Origin: a virus
Lineage: Duplodnaviria > Caudoviricetes
DNA length: 45,790 nucleotides
Virus record (IMG/VR): IMGVR_UViG_3300012942_000069
Location: 1 to 45,790 of that record
Strand: one strand, 5' to 3'
Positions within the stretch are counted from its first letter, which is position 1. Each line of letters begins with the position of its first letter. The position numbers were made by a program, and so were the translations under genes. The notes under the pieces are model-generated. The model was given only the letters and a program-made list of their open reading frames with translations, had not been told where the DNA came from and made no database searches. This document shows positions 8,687 to 18,467 of the stretch, piece by piece.

Positions 8687-10869
8687 GCTTCGGACATAAG
8701 AGAGGAGGGCTTGGGATACAGGACCCCTTCCGGTAGGGAAAGGATCGTCGGGTCGTCCGAGAGGAGTCGGGTGATCTTCTTGTTCCGTGCGAAGATCCCC
8801 ACGCCTTCCAGGACGAGGTAGAACGATTCCATCAACTGGGCCACGAGGGAACGGTGGTCCACGATGGAAGCGATCTCCGGAGGGACACCCTTGGCCAACA
8901 GGTTGATCTGCGGCATGTAGATGGTGCCCATGTACTGCTTGTTGTTGCGCGTGGCCCACTCCTTAATCCGGGAAGCCATCACCTGGTCTTCCATGGATTC
9001 CAGCCACTTCAGGAACGCGGGGCGCTTACCGGTGGACAGCGAGGCGGTAATGGCGTTATACGGCGGCTCAGGAGCATGGCCGTACTTCGGCGCGAACGCT
9101 TCTTCCCACAGGGAGTAGAAGAGGTAGTTGGAATTCTCGGTCTTGTAGGCCGAGGCATCCTGAATACGTGTCTTGCGGAAATACTTGAACGAACCCTTCT
9201 GGACTTCGTCGAGCACCTCGCGCTCAATGGTCGCTACCTTGCGCACCAGGTAACGCAGGGACACCTTATCGCCTCGCATCACGGTGTCCATGATGTCGAG
9301 CATCGTCTGCTGGGAGAGCTTGATGATCTCCGACGCAATGGCCGAGGAGCGCAGCGCCACACCCTTGATCTCTTTCTCCATCTCGCGCTTCACCACGCCT
9401 TCTTGCACGGCGCGGTACGCATAGTAGTGCTTGGCACGGGAGGTCAAGGCGAAGACCGGAAAGTAGAACTCGTTCTTCATCTGCAGGTCGAAGATGAAGC
9501 GCTCTTCGACCCCCATGTTGCCGGAGAAGACCGCCAGGAGATTGGACACGACCTGAGAGACCAGGTACACAAGCGCATTGGCCGTCGCCGTGCAACCCCG
9601 ATCGAAGTTCAAGGAACCCCGATGCCAGGTAACCCACGACTGCACGGTAAAGATGGTCGAGTCGGTATCCGAGGTCAACACACCACGACGAATGATGGAG
9701 GGTACGGAGAACACCGACGACGGGAGATTATCCGTCGCCCAGAAGGTCTCGATGAATTCCGCGTACTCATCGATGAGTTCACGCTTGTGCTTGGCCGTGG
9801 CGGCAATGATGCCGTAGTCGTACGGACGCTCACGCGTGGACTTGATATCCTTGAACTGCAGCTCATCAGAACAGAGGATGGATACGAAGGCCTTGAGATT
9901 GTCGTCCAGACTTTTCACTACGGCATCACACTCCTCCATGCTTGTCAGCGGCTCCGTTGCCTTCACGGAGAGCTGATCCAAGAAGGTTCGCGCAAAGCTA
10001 TCGTTGTACTTGGCAAGGTGATAGAAATCGGATACGTACAGGAAAGCGCAGCGTTGCCATGGTAGGAGAGTTTCCACCAGGGCACGAATGGTCGCCGTGG
10101 CTTCTTCACTCTTCCAATAGTGCCGTGTCGAGAACGTAATCGCTTCCATGATCTCGTCATCGGTTGGCACATGAAGCTGATAGCGTCCCATCATGCGATG
10201 GATGGCTTCTTTATCCACGTGGTTGATGATCGAGATGAGGTTAGCCTCCACGATCATCGGTGAGAAGTAATGGCGATTACCGCACAAGAACTTCTCGTTA
10301 TTCGCATTGGCATACGACGTCGCACAGCGACACACGCTGGTCAACGTGGAATGAGCGGTTTTATTCCAGAGGGGGGTAAAAGGTGAGCAATGCGCACCTG
10401 ACAGAGCGTTGTTCTTGATCTTGAACGTTGCCTGCTGGTAGCTGTACATGTCCTTCAGCGCGTCGTTATTATCGATCTCCGCTTGGAACATGGCCCGCTT
10501 GGCTTTCGAGCGCCGTTTCACATTACCGCCAATGTACGTGCCCAAAAGCGATTCGCGCTGTGTCGTGGGAAGGTACGTGGTCAGCGTGGGCGCCATGATC
10601 TCGCCGCTTTCCACCGCACGAGCCAGGTATTGGTGGAATGGCATTTCCTGGATCTCACGATCCCCGTGCTTGTTCTTGATCAGGAAGCGCGCCTGGGGCA
10701 TGAAGAGTAGACGCTTACCCTTAGTAATGGACTCCACGACGTAGGCACGGGTCTCTTCCATGGGTTTGCCGGTCCGCTGTGTCAAGTACCGTGCGGCGTC
10801 GTTAACATAGTCGCGAATCAGCTGCCAGCGCCGTTGATAGTGCTCGGCAGGTTTCAGGAATGGATTCAT
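8680..10869 (-). CDS. Family B DNA polymerase, polymerase-domain subunit (phiKZ gp50-like)
   Basis: Q...KIKNNALSGA (motif B-like), SDTDS (motif C), KHYYA and EIKGVAL; 729 aa. Confidence 0.9.
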   Translation of the reverse strand: MNPFLKPAEHYQRRWQLIRDYVNDAARYLTQRTGKPMEETRAYVVESITKGKRLLFMPQARFLIKNKHGDREIQEMPFHQYLARAVESGEIMAPTLTTYLPTTQRESLLGTYIGGNVKRRSKAKRAMFQAEIDNNDALKDMYSYQQATFKIKNNALSGAHCSPFTPLWNKTAHSTLTSVCRCATSYANANNEKFLCGNRHYFSPMIVEANLISIINHVDKEAIHRMMGRYQLHVPTDDEIMEAITFSTRHYWKSEEATATIRALVETLLPWQRCAFLYVSDFYHLAKYNDSFARTFLDQLSVKATEPLTSMEECDAVVKSLDDNLKAFVSILCSDELQFKDIKSTRERPYDYGIIAATAKHKRELIDEYAEFIETFWATDNLPSSVFSVPSIIRRGVLTSDTDSTIFTVQSWVTWHRGSLNFDRGCTATANALVYLVSQVVSNLLAVFSGNMGVEERFIFDLQMKNEFYFPVFALTSRAKHYYAYRAVQEGVVKREMEKEIKGVALRSSAIASEIIKLSQQTMLDIMDTVMRGDKVSLRYLVRKVATIEREVLDEVQKGSFKYFRKTRIQDASAYKTENSNYLFYSLWEEAFAPKYGHAPEPPYNAITASLSTGKRPAFLKWLESMEDQVMASRIKEWATRNNKQYMGTIYMPQINLLAKGVPPEIASIVDHRSLVAQLMESFYLVLEGVGIFARNKKITRLLSDDPTILSLPEGVLYPKPSSLMSEAA

Positions 10870-10896
10870 CCGGAAGACTCAGCTGCGGAAATTGAG

Positions 10897-10935
10897 GGCA
10901 TAAAACCGTGCGGGGAGGGTGACCCTCCCCGCACG
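10897..10935. terminator. GCATA-flanked hairpin
   Basis: ggcataaaac-cgtgcggggagggt-g-accctccccgcacg. Confidence 0.55.
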
Positions 10936-11075
10936 CCACCACCGTGAAGTGATTACGATGGTCGCGCGTGCGACCCGCCCAGTCGCTGCTGCGGCCCATC
11001 GGTGAAGGATGGCTTTCGCCCTTAACCAGCCGACCCTCCACAGAGGATAGATCCCCCGTTGCGAGAGGTTTACTG

Positions 11076-11495
11076 TTACGACGGCTGAGTCGACGAGATG
11101 GTAATCGTCGCATTGATGAAGCCCAGAGCCGACAAGGCTGCCCGAATGTTGTTCTGGTCCTGAGGCGAGACCGAGTCCACCACGATGGTGAGCTTGGCGG
11201 CCTGCTGAACGACGTAGGAGCTGTCCTTGATCCACGGGAAGCCCACCGCGGTCGTCTGGCCCGAAGCGGTCTTGATCTTGAGGTATGGATACGCTCGGTA
11301 ATCATTCGGCGTACCGGCCGGCAGGGAGGGGTACACGGCAGCGTGAACCGTGGCCGGGTTGATGTAGGCTTGTGCGGTTTCCCAGTCCAGGATCGCCTGG
11401 ACGGTTGCCCCCGTGTAACCGCTGCCGATGATCGCGTCGGCGTACTGGGAGAAGTTAACGATGGAGCCCAGAACAATGGTGGAAGTCGCGAGCAT
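11076..11495 (-). CDS. Conserved Chimalliviridae protein (phiKZ gp49-like)
   Basis: 139 aa; HAAVYPSLPAGTPND..AYPYLKI..G.PWI pattern; upstream of DNA polymerase. Confidence 0.7.
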   Translation of the reverse strand: MLATSTIVLGSIVNFSQYADAIIGSGYTGATVQAILDWETAQAYINPATVHAAVYPSLPAGTPNDYRAYPYLKIKTASGQTTAVGFPWIKDSSYVVQQAAKLTIVVDSVSPQDQNNIRAALSALGFINATITISSTQPS

Positions 11496-11552
11496 GGGAT
11501 TCTACCCTTTACAGTGACAAAAAAAAGAAGCCGGAAGGGTAGCGCCTGTGCG

Positions 11553-12251
11553 CTACGCTTCCCGGATCGTCACAGCATAGAGGAATTCGCTTTGCCCACC
11601 CTTGATCGGTACGCAGGGCTGAAAGTCACGATATTGCGCCAAAGCGTAATGGGTCAGGCCGTGTTCCCAGCCTACTCCGCGCACGGAACGTACCAGGAGA
11701 GAGAAGACACCCATCAGGAATCGCCAGATGGCCAGGTCAGCATGATCCTTCGAGGATTGCGAAGCTTGGGTGTTATAGAGTCGGAAGCCAGGCTGCTGGG
11801 TATCCACGCCATCGTTAGCGAGGGTTTCCAGTAACAGTTCTTCCAGGCCATTGCAGACGAGCTCATCGAGCGCCTGCTTGACGGGTTCCACATCGTAGGT
11901 AAAGGGCGGTTGGTAGTAGAGCGTTCCTAAGGGGCTACCGTCGTATGCGTAGATGGCCGATTTGATGTCCGGATGATTCGTCAGCTCAATCAGCATCTCG
12001 TAGGTGAGAACGCGCTCATGAGCTTCCGGCGTGTGGTTATAGAAGGCCGGATGCATCGTGAGCATGTCGTACGTGATACGCTGAACTAGATCCATCCAAC
12101 CTTGATGAGGCACCATGGAGACCGCGTATTCGAAGGGGGTTTGCACCGCATCAATCACCTCCATTTCCACCAGCTCTTGAAAGAGCTCCATGGTAACCTC
12201 TTCGAGATCGAGGATCAGAACCAGCTCCGAAGGCTTAGGGGGAGCAAGCAT
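11553..12251 (-). CDS. Hypothetical protein (start uncertain, 12191-12269)
   Basis: C-terminal ~230 aa of the track ORF 11553..12422; the longer start overlaps the upstream gene. Confidence 0.65.
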   Translation of the reverse strand: MLAPPKPSELVLILDLEEVTMELFQELVEMEVIDAVQTPFEYAVSMVPHQGWMDLVQRITYDMLTMHPAFYNHTPEAHERVLTYEMLIELTNHPDIKSAIYAYDGSPLGTLYYQPPFTYDVEPVKQALDELVCNGLEELLLETLANDGVDTQQPGFRLYNTQASQSSKDHADLAIWRFLMGVFSLLVRSVRGVGWEHGLTHYALAQYRDFQPCVPIKGGQSEFLYAVTIREA

Positions 12252-12675
12252 ACGTGGGGAAATCTCCATAGGCGACCTCGACGGTGAGATGGTTGTCCGC
12301 GTAGATCCGCCGGGTAACCTCGTAAACGACATGATTCGATTGCCTCCAGAAAGGGCGGTCCCAAATGCCTTGGAAGGCCGAGACGAGTGCACGCAGGAAG
12401 TCCAGTTCATTCTTGAGAGCAAAAGAGCGGCGGCGATGCGGAGAGGATGCGATCAGCGCTTCTTCCAAATCGCCGTTGGAGAGACTCTCTTTCAATGAGA
12501 GCTCCAAGAGCCGCTGCTCGAGGGTGGGGAGCCCCAAGATACCCTCTTGGGCGTACAACCGCTCCAGCACGGGACGATGACACATGTAGAGAGAGGAGAC
12601 CACGACTCCCTCTAGGACATAGTGCCGATGCATCAACTGGGCTTCGAGGGGCGGCAGTACATGCATGGCTAGCAC
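12235..12675 (-). CDS. Hypothetical protein
   Basis: 146 aa; GAGGA RBS; tightly coupled with neighbours. Confidence 0.65.
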   Translation of the reverse strand: MLAMHVLPPLEAQLMHRHYVLEGVVVSSLYMCHRPVLERLYAQEGILGLPTLEQRLLELSLKESLSNGDLEEALIASSPHRRRSFALKNELDFLRALVSAFQGIWDRPFWRQSNHVVYEVTRRIYADNHLTVEVAYGDFPTYACSP

Positions 12676-13148
12676 TCCTCAAGGAACGCGGGTAAGAACG
12701 GTAGCTCATTGACGTCGGGGCTGCGGAAGGATTTCACGCCATGATAGGCGATCAAGATCGCATCACCGACAAAACGGATGAAGTTCAACTGCAGATGATC
12801 CCAGCAATCGGCATGGATCGTGCGCAAGAGCTCCCAGCTAAGCGAGGTCACGAAGCGATGAAGCACGTCGACATCCTTCACTTCCAATTCCTGAGGCGAC
12901 GGGCCCATGCCTTCGACATCATTGCCCACCAGCGACACCAACATGCTGACCATGGCCTTGAACGCATGGAAAGGATCACTACCGATCTCCGGCACGATGC
13001 GCCAGCCTGTCTCCAGCATGTAACTTAGGTTGGAGAAATAGCTGGCCATGGCCTCTTCCAGCGTCATGTGAGGAAAGGTGACGCGGAGCGCTGCCAACCA
13101 CGGTCCAGTGGGAAGGATGAAGTGGTGAGTATAGGAGGAGCGATTCAC
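12669..13148 (-). CDS. Hypothetical protein
   Basis: 159 aa; GTGA overlap with the upstream stop; GAGGA RBS. Confidence 0.65.
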   Translation of the reverse strand: MNRSSYTHHFILPTGPWLAALRVTFPHMTLEEAMASYFSNLSYMLETGWRIVPEIGSDPFHAFKAMVSMLVSLVGNDVEGMGPSPQELEVKDVDVLHRFVTSLSWELLRTIHADCWDHLQLNFIRFVGDAILIAYHGVKSFRSPDVNELPFLPAFLEEC

Positions 13149-13516
13149 AGACTGTCCTCAAGGGGCTGGATACGGACCACCATGGCATCACCAATATGCC
13201 GCACGGCCGTGATCGACACGCTATCGGTCGACACACCCTCGATGTCCAGGATGAGCTCCATGCTTCGACGCCATGGAATGAGTGCCTTGTCCAAGGCTTC
13301 GGCATCATCGGCGAGCGCGTAGTAATCGTCGCCCTGCGGTACGTGCTGTGCTAGCACGGACTTCAAATGCTCCATGCGCTGGTCGCGCGTACCGAGAATG
13401 CTCTCTGGGTTGGAGATCAGGCTTTCAGCAAAGCCATCCAAGGGGATGTCATACGCACGCAAAAGTGCGGTGGCGTCGGAGTGAATCGTGCTGTAGTCAA
13501 GCGTGAGTGTCTTCAT
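13145..13516 (-). CDS. Hypothetical protein (likely start MKTLTLDY)
   Basis: Track ORF 13145..13579; the internal ATG at 13516 minimises overlap. Confidence 0.6.
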   Translation of the reverse strand: MKTLTLDYSTIHSDATALLRAYDIPLDGFAESLISNPESILGTRDQRMEHLKSVLAQHVPQGDDYYALADDAEALDKALIPWRRSMELILDIEGVSTDSVSITAVRHIGDAMVVRIQPLEDSL

Positions 13517-14009
13517 GAGAATCGTCGTAGATGGGCGTTGGTGTAATGGCAAAGGGGCGCAGTCGGAAGAGCGCGGCATCCGGTCCTAAGGGTCGGACAA
13601 AGTCAACGCATTGGTAATGGATGCCGTGGGCGCGACCGATCGTGTAAACAAGTTGACGTTCGAGGAGTCCCAGCGCTTCCATCACCCGCTCGACCTTACG
13701 CTGTCGTTCCTCGCGGTCAGGGAATCCCTGGAAGCGACCCATGTCGTGGTAGACACGGTGGGCATGGCTCATCGCCTCACCGAAAGAGGGTGATCCGTGA
13801 AAAGCGACGCGGAGATAGTCATTCACGGATCCCTTAAGAAGGGCGTTCAAACGAGCGATGGGTTCTTCGCAGGCTCGATAAATCCACGCGTGTGGTATCG
13901 TCACGTACTCCTGCGATGGGAGGGGACGGGGCATAGCCCCGCTACCGTCAGCGACGGTAGCGGGGAGAGAGATAATCGCCGGCAGACTCGGCGGATCGAA
14001 GATGCTCAA
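13497..14009 (-). CDS. Hypothetical protein
   Basis: 170 aa; TTG start with GGAGG RBS. Confidence 0.6.
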   Translation of the reverse strand: MSIFDPPSLPAIISLPATVADGSGAMPRPLPSQEYVTIPHAWIYRACEEPIARLNALLKGSVNDYLRVAFHGSPSFGEAMSHAHRVYHDMGRFQGFPDREERQRKVERVMEALGLLERQLVYTIGRAHGIHYQCVDFVRPLGPDAALFRLRPFAITPTPIYDDSHEDTHA

Positions 14010-14391
14010 GGGCGTCCTCCGGTGTCGGTAAGGTGGCCGTTACGTGAATGCCCTCACGGGCACCTCCGATCTGGAGCATGTAACGGTAGCGGTAACTGGG
14101 GATAAGCTCCCCCACCGCATGATGCAGCGCGCGGCTCAACTGCTTCTGTAAAGCCTGACCAATTGTCAGCACGTCCTCCCACGATAGGCCGTAACGATCG
14201 GCGAAGGACTGTGCTTCACGCCATTCGGCATCCACGAAAAAGGCGTGGAGAACCGCGTTGACGAAGGTTGCGGCCAGAGCATCGCTGGCCGATCCGCCCA
14301 GCAATCCTTCCAATTGCGTACGCGTGCTTTCCAGGAATTCCTGATAGGGGAGGATCGCTGTCTGTGTCAACGCCAGTGTAGCTGTGACCAT
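13948..14391 (-). CDS. Hypothetical protein
   Basis: 147 aa; starts 4 nt after the upstream stop. Confidence 0.65.
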   Translation of the reverse strand: MVTATLALTQTAILPYQEFLESTRTQLEGLLGGSASDALAATFVNAVLHAFFVDAEWREAQSFADRYGLSWEDVLTIGQALQKQLSRALHHAVGELIPSYRYRYMLQIGGAREGIHVTATLPTPEDALEHLRSAESAGDYLSPRYRR

Positions 14392-14395
14392 GGCT

Positions 14396-15457
14396 TTAGC
14401 GCCGACGCCGGCGCTTGTCTGCGACTACCGAAGGACCCAGCTCGTCTTTCATCGCCCGCTTCACCGCGCGTTTGGAGATGCCCTTGGAAACGCGAGAAGC
14501 CGCTTCTGGCATTGATGGACCTACCTGCGCCGGTCCCTGATACAACGAGGAATGACGTTTCAAGGCGTCGTTGATCAACGTAAACTTGGTCACGGTTGCG
14601 GGAACACCATGGAGCCGATGCGCCGTTTCATGGGCGGCGATGGTTTCTTCCGGATGGGGATGCTGGCGTAGGTCCTCACAGATGAAGGCGGACACCAGAA
14701 GCGGATCGTCGCTGACGACGTCCCCATCGGCCATTACCGCTGCCTCGTCCATGGGGTTGACGTCGCTCTGGCCCGCCAACGCCCAATGCTCCGCAAGATT
14801 CACCTCTATCGGCTGATCGAGATCCCCCAGCTCCGCGGCTTGGCGCATGAGTTGCTTGGGGTTGATCATGAGACCACCCGCCTGGAGCACGTAGGCGGTC
14901 CCTAAAGGGCGCGCATGCCAGGCATGGTAGACGTACGGGCCGATCACGTGTGATAGCTGACGCTCGGCGATCACAATGAGGAGCTCGTCCAACGGCTTGG
15001 CCAGGGCGTCGGTGATGCCATTCAGAAAGTCGCGATCTTCCTCGGATGCTTCAGGGGCGCCGAGTCGCCACAACCCCAACACGTGAATCAATTCGTACAC
15101 CAGTGCATCGACTTCCCCGCCCATGGGAGAGGCTTCTTCCTCAGGTACCTGATAACGCCAACGGCAGTGGACGACATTACCGCTACGCTTGGCACGGGGT
15201 GTCCACGCCAGGAGGTCCGCCAAGGCTTGGTGGAAGATGATCCGCGCCCCTGCCACGATGCCTTGGCGCGTGGTGTAAGGCTTGATATCCACCCAGGGCG
15301 GAAGGGTGTCCATCAGAATACGTGTCATGGCCGTTTGCAGCGCATCGGCTACCGGCTCGATGTCAACAATGGCGGGGTGAGCATGGGACACTGGGGGCAT
15401 GATGACTCGTTGTAACGTCAGATGGCGGAATGACGGTGGACTCAATGTTAAGCCCAC
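14396..15457 (-). CDS. Hypothetical protein with basic C-terminal tail (start may be 15400)
   Basis: 353 aa ORF ending KRRRRR. Confidence 0.7.
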   Translation of the reverse strand: MGLTLSPPSFRHLTLQRVIMPPVSHAHPAIVDIEPVADALQTAMTRILMDTLPPWVDIKPYTTRQGIVAGARIIFHQALADLLAWTPRAKRSGNVVHCRWRYQVPEEEASPMGGEVDALVYELIHVLGLWRLGAPEASEEDRDFLNGITDALAKPLDELLIVIAERQLSHVIGPYVYHAWHARPLGTAYVLQAGGLMINPKQLMRQAAELGDLDQPIEVNLAEHWALAGQSDVNPMDEAAVMADGDVVSDDPLLVSAFICEDLRQHPHPEETIAAHETAHRLHGVPATVTKFTLINDALKRHSSLYQGPAQVGPSMPEAASRVSKGISKRAVKRAMKDELGPSVVADKRRRRR

Positions 15458-15825
15458 GCCCAGGAAAGCGGTTCACGGACCGCATGGTAAAGCGACACGG
15501 TGAGCACGGAATGGCGGAAGGTGAGGTCGGCATAGTCGGCCTCGTAGAACTCGTGCGACATGGGATCAAAGAGCGCAAGGAGTCGTTGGGTCACTGCGGA
15601 GCGCAGGCGTCCCCAACCGTCAAAGCTGTGGAAGGGCTGGGCGGCACGAATGGTGTCCTCCGGCATGACGTCCTGCACCTTGTAGGCAAGCCGAAGCTCG
15701 TCCAAGATCCATGCTTCAATCGCAGCAGTGGCAAACCGATAAGCCGAAGCGGCTCGTAGGCTCTCCACCAGATCCGTAAGGTCGTACACGTAACGGCGGT
15801 AACGGCGCATGGGTAACGGAGGCAT
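15448..15825 (-). CDS. Hypothetical protein
   Basis: 125 aa; first gene downstream of the candidate promoter. Confidence 0.65.
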   Translation of the reverse strand: MPPLPMRRYRRYVYDLTDLVESLRAASAYRFATAAIEAWILDELRLAYKVQDVMPEDTIRAAQPFHSFDGWGRLRSAVTQRLLALFDPMSHEFYEADYADLTFRHSVLTVSLYHAVREPLSWAWA

Positions 15826-15861
15826 AGGTGGTTAAGGTCGTTGATGGAGGTCTCTTACGGA

Positions 15862-15878
15862 GTAATGTGTCCTTCAAA
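15862..15878 (-). promoter_or_regulatory. Candidate early promoter TTTGAA-GGA-CACATTAC
   Basis: Shared 17-nt motif; heads the 11.5-15.8 kb gene run. Confidence 0.5.
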
Positions 15879-15980
15879 GGCCTTTTAAAAGCCCCTCAGA
15901 GTCCACCACATAGTAGAGGGCTACCCTCGGGAGGGTTTACCTTCCGATGCGCTTAAAATGCGTCCTAGACGGTTTCGATG

Positions 15981-16024
15981 GCATAGAGCCTCTCCAGCGT
16001 CCGGACGCTGGAGAGGCTCTATGC
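15981..16024. repeat. Perfect 44-bp palindrome (GCATA...TATGC family), likely terminator
   Basis: gcatagagcctctccagcgtcc|ggacgctggagaggctctatgc. Confidence 0.85.
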
Positions 16025-16026
16025 AC

Positions 16027-16305
16027 TTAACAGACCGGTAAGGGGGGATTGCACACCCGATCCTTGACGGGATTGTACGGCAGATAGGGAAAGAGCCCAT
16101 GCCATTCCTGCGTCAGGCAGTGCGTGCAGTGAAAAGGCTTGTACTCAGGTAGCGGCTCCAGGTCATCGATCTTGACGCCGATCGGTGTTTCCTGCACCCG
16201 CAGGGCTTCAGCCCGCTGACGATACTGGAGGAAACGCGTATGGGCCAGATCCACCACATCCACATGTCGACATTGAACACAGATGAAGAGCTGTTCGTCG
16301 TCCAT
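16027..16305 (-). CDS. Small putative zinc-binding protein
   Basis: CVQC...CTHC pairs; 92 aa. Confidence 0.65.
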   Translation of the reverse strand: MDDEQLFICVQCRHVDVVDLAHTRFLQYRQRAEALRVQETPIGVKIDDLEPLPEYKPFHCTHCLTQEWHGLFPYLPYNPVKDRVCNPPLPVC

Positions 16306-16694
16306 CAGACCAACCCCAGCCGGTAACCGGCGCGCTGCATGGCACCGCGCAATGCCAGAACGATACGTGCGCGCCCCAGGGCATTGCCGGAACGCTCGCC
16401 GGCTTCACGGATCTCCTCCAACGTCACGCGATCAGGATTGTCCTTCCGACGCCATTCTTCCAACGCCTTGACGCGCTTCAGTTCAGATTCCTGCTGCTGC
16501 AGCTTCTGACGCTCCATGAAGCGCGCCATCTGCTTTTCCATGGGTGAGCGGCGCTGCCAGTTCGGATCACCCTGTTTGACCCGTTCTTCAATCACGACGT
16601 CAACCATTGACCCTGAAGCATGGATGGTACCTTGCTCAGCGTCTTCAGTGATGTCGGGTACCGATGGTTCAACAGGAGTCATGGGGGTGGACAT
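16305..16694 (-). CDS. Hypothetical coiled-coil protein
   Basis: 129 aa; AAGGA RBS; TGATG coupling to the next gene. Confidence 0.7.
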   Translation of the reverse strand: MSTPMTPVEPSVPDITEDAEQGTIHASGSMVDVVIEERVKQGDPNWQRRSPMEKQMARFMERQKLQQQESELKRVKALEEWRRKDNPDRVTLEEIREAGERSGNALGRARIVLALRGAMQRAGYRLGLV

Positions 16695-16810
16695 GGAGCA
16701 TTCCTTGGAAAGGGGGCGAGTGGAGTCGGACGCATAACGTTCTTACAGACCGTGTGGAATCTTCGCAAAAGGGTATGATCCCTCTTTTCTGACCCTCCGT
16801 GAGGTTATCT

Positions 16811-17635
16811 ATGCATTCCCCGATCCAACGCGCCATTAGTGAGGTCAAGTGGAAGATTCCACTGGAGATCTTGCAGGCCGCATTCATGCCCAAGAACATT
16901 TACGGTCGGGCGACGGCCATGAACATGGATTCCATGATTCGCTCGAAAGTGATTGAACCTCGTGTCATGGTCGACTGCGACCTCGTGGCAGGTGTCCAGA
17001 TGGATATTCCTCTCCACAACGTGCCCACGGAACGCGTCGAACTACCATCAGGGTCACCTTACACATGGGGGCTGATCTACCGCATCCCTAAGACGATGAC
17101 GCAGAATCGTTCCATCACAAGTGTGCTCTGGATTGCCAACACCATTGCGCCTATTTCCGGCACGTACACCTACGCCAGTTACAACGGCAGTGCGCTGGCC
17201 AATGCCGCGATGGGTGTCATGCAGTCACAGGCTCCCATCCCCAGTATGTCGACGGCACGATGTGACTTGATCGCGGAGAACACCGTGCTCGTCATGGATA
17301 CCTCAACCTGGCCCGTAGATGCAGCCATGCGTTGCAAGGTAAGCTGGGATCCTGACTTGATGACGCTTCCACCGGGCGCCATTCCCTTCTTTTCAAAGGC
17401 CGTTGAGCTGGCGGTTAAGGCATACGTCTACAACACCCTGATCATTCAGATCAACTCCGCGGAACTCCAGAACGGCCAGGAGCTCGGTAAGTTCAAGGAG
17501 CTCGTTGATCAATACGCAGATGCCAATGAACAGTACGAGGAGTATCGCGGCACGGTGCTCCGAGAAGTGATGCTCATGAGTGATGTAGTTTCTGCTCGTG
17601 ATTTTTGGCGCCTGCCCATCGGCGCGGGGGTATAA
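16811..17635 (+). CDS. Conserved Chimalliviridae core protein (phiKZ gp42-like)
   Basis: MHSPIQRAISEVKWKIPLEILQAAF...VMVDCDL...LAVKAYVYN...GQELG; GAGG RBS before ATG 16811. Confidence 0.75.
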   Translation: MHSPIQRAISEVKWKIPLEILQAAFMPKNIYGRATAMNMDSMIRSKVIEPRVMVDCDLVAGVQMDIPLHNVPTERVELPSGSPYTWGLIYRIPKTMTQNRSITSVLWIANTIAPISGTYTYASYNGSALANAAMGVMQSQAPIPSMSTARCDLIAENTVLVMDTSTWPVDAAMRCKVSWDPDLMTLPPGAIPFFSKAVELAVKAYVYNTLIIQINSAELQNGQELGKFKELVDQYADANEQYEEYRGTVLREVMLMSDVVSARDFWRLPIGAGV

Positions 17636-17666
17636 TTATCTCTGATTGTGTTTTAAAACCTTATCT

Positions 17667-17716
17667 CTCTCCAGTTACTATAGACACCCCCAATTAGGGC
17701 TTATGTAACTGGAGAG
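17667..17716 (+). promoter_or_regulatory. RBS-sequestering hairpin with internal TATG late-promoter motif
   Basis: ctctccagttac (17667-78) is the perfect complement of gtaactggagag (17705-16), which includes the SD of the HNH gene; TATG at 17702-05. Confidence 0.65.
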
Positions 17717-17717
17717 G

Positions 17718-18440
17718 ATGATGCCCGCTAGAGCCGATATCGCTGGACAGCGTTTTGGAATGCTAATCGCCATTGAACCGATCCGTGGGCTTAAGGGTGA
17801 GTTGCTGTGGCGATGTAAGTGCGACTGTGAACGTGAGACTACCGCTTCTGTTGGGAGTCTCCGCAGTGGGAATACTGGTTCATGTGGATGCCGTAAGGAA
17901 GCTGCCTTGAAAACCTACATCGAGGATCAGCTCAAACACGGCATGTGTGGGACCCCTGTCTATAATTCCTGGGTGGCGATGAAGGCTCGTTGCAACAACC
18001 CAGAGAGTTCGAACTACGCGTACTACGGTGGTAGGGGCATTCGTGTCTGTGATCGCTGGGAAAGCTTCGAGAACTTCCTTGCTGACCTGGGTAATAAACC
18101 TAGTCCAGAACACACACTCGAGCGACGGGACTCTAATGGCGACTATTGTCCAGGCAACTGCCGATGGGCTACCAAGTCGGAGCAAGCCATTAATCGTCGT
18201 CTAAGACCAGAAAACACATCAGGAGTTGCCGGTGTCGTACAGGCGCCCAACGGCCGCTGGCACGCGGAGTACACGCACAACCGTGAGGTCGTTTTAAACA
18301 AGCGCTACCTTACGATGGATGAAGCGGTTACCGCGCGCAAGAATGCCGAACTTAATTTCGGGTATCTCCGCACGGAAGAAGGTCAAGAACTCCTTGAAGA
18401 GATGTTCACCACCTCCACGGACGATATCCCCTTCGACTGA
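17718..18440 (+). CDS. Free-standing HNH-type endonuclease with C-terminal AP2-like domain
   Basis: RFGML..WRCKCDC..SCGC, YGGRGIRVCDRW, TLERRDSNGDYCPGNCRWAT, NTSGVAGV..GRWHAE..EAVTARKNAE. Confidence 0.85.
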   Translation: MMPARADIAGQRFGMLIAIEPIRGLKGELLWRCKCDCERETTASVGSLRSGNTGSCGCRKEAALKTYIEDQLKHGMCGTPVYNSWVAMKARCNNPESSNYAYYGGRGIRVCDRWESFENFLADLGNKPSPEHTLERRDSNGDYCPGNCRWATKSEQAINRRLRPENTSGVAGVVQAPNGRWHAEYTHNREVVLNKRYLTMDEAVTARKNAELNFGYLRTEEGQELLEEMFTTSTDDIPFD

Positions 18441-18467
18441 AGCAAAAAAAAAACATCTTCCAATGAT

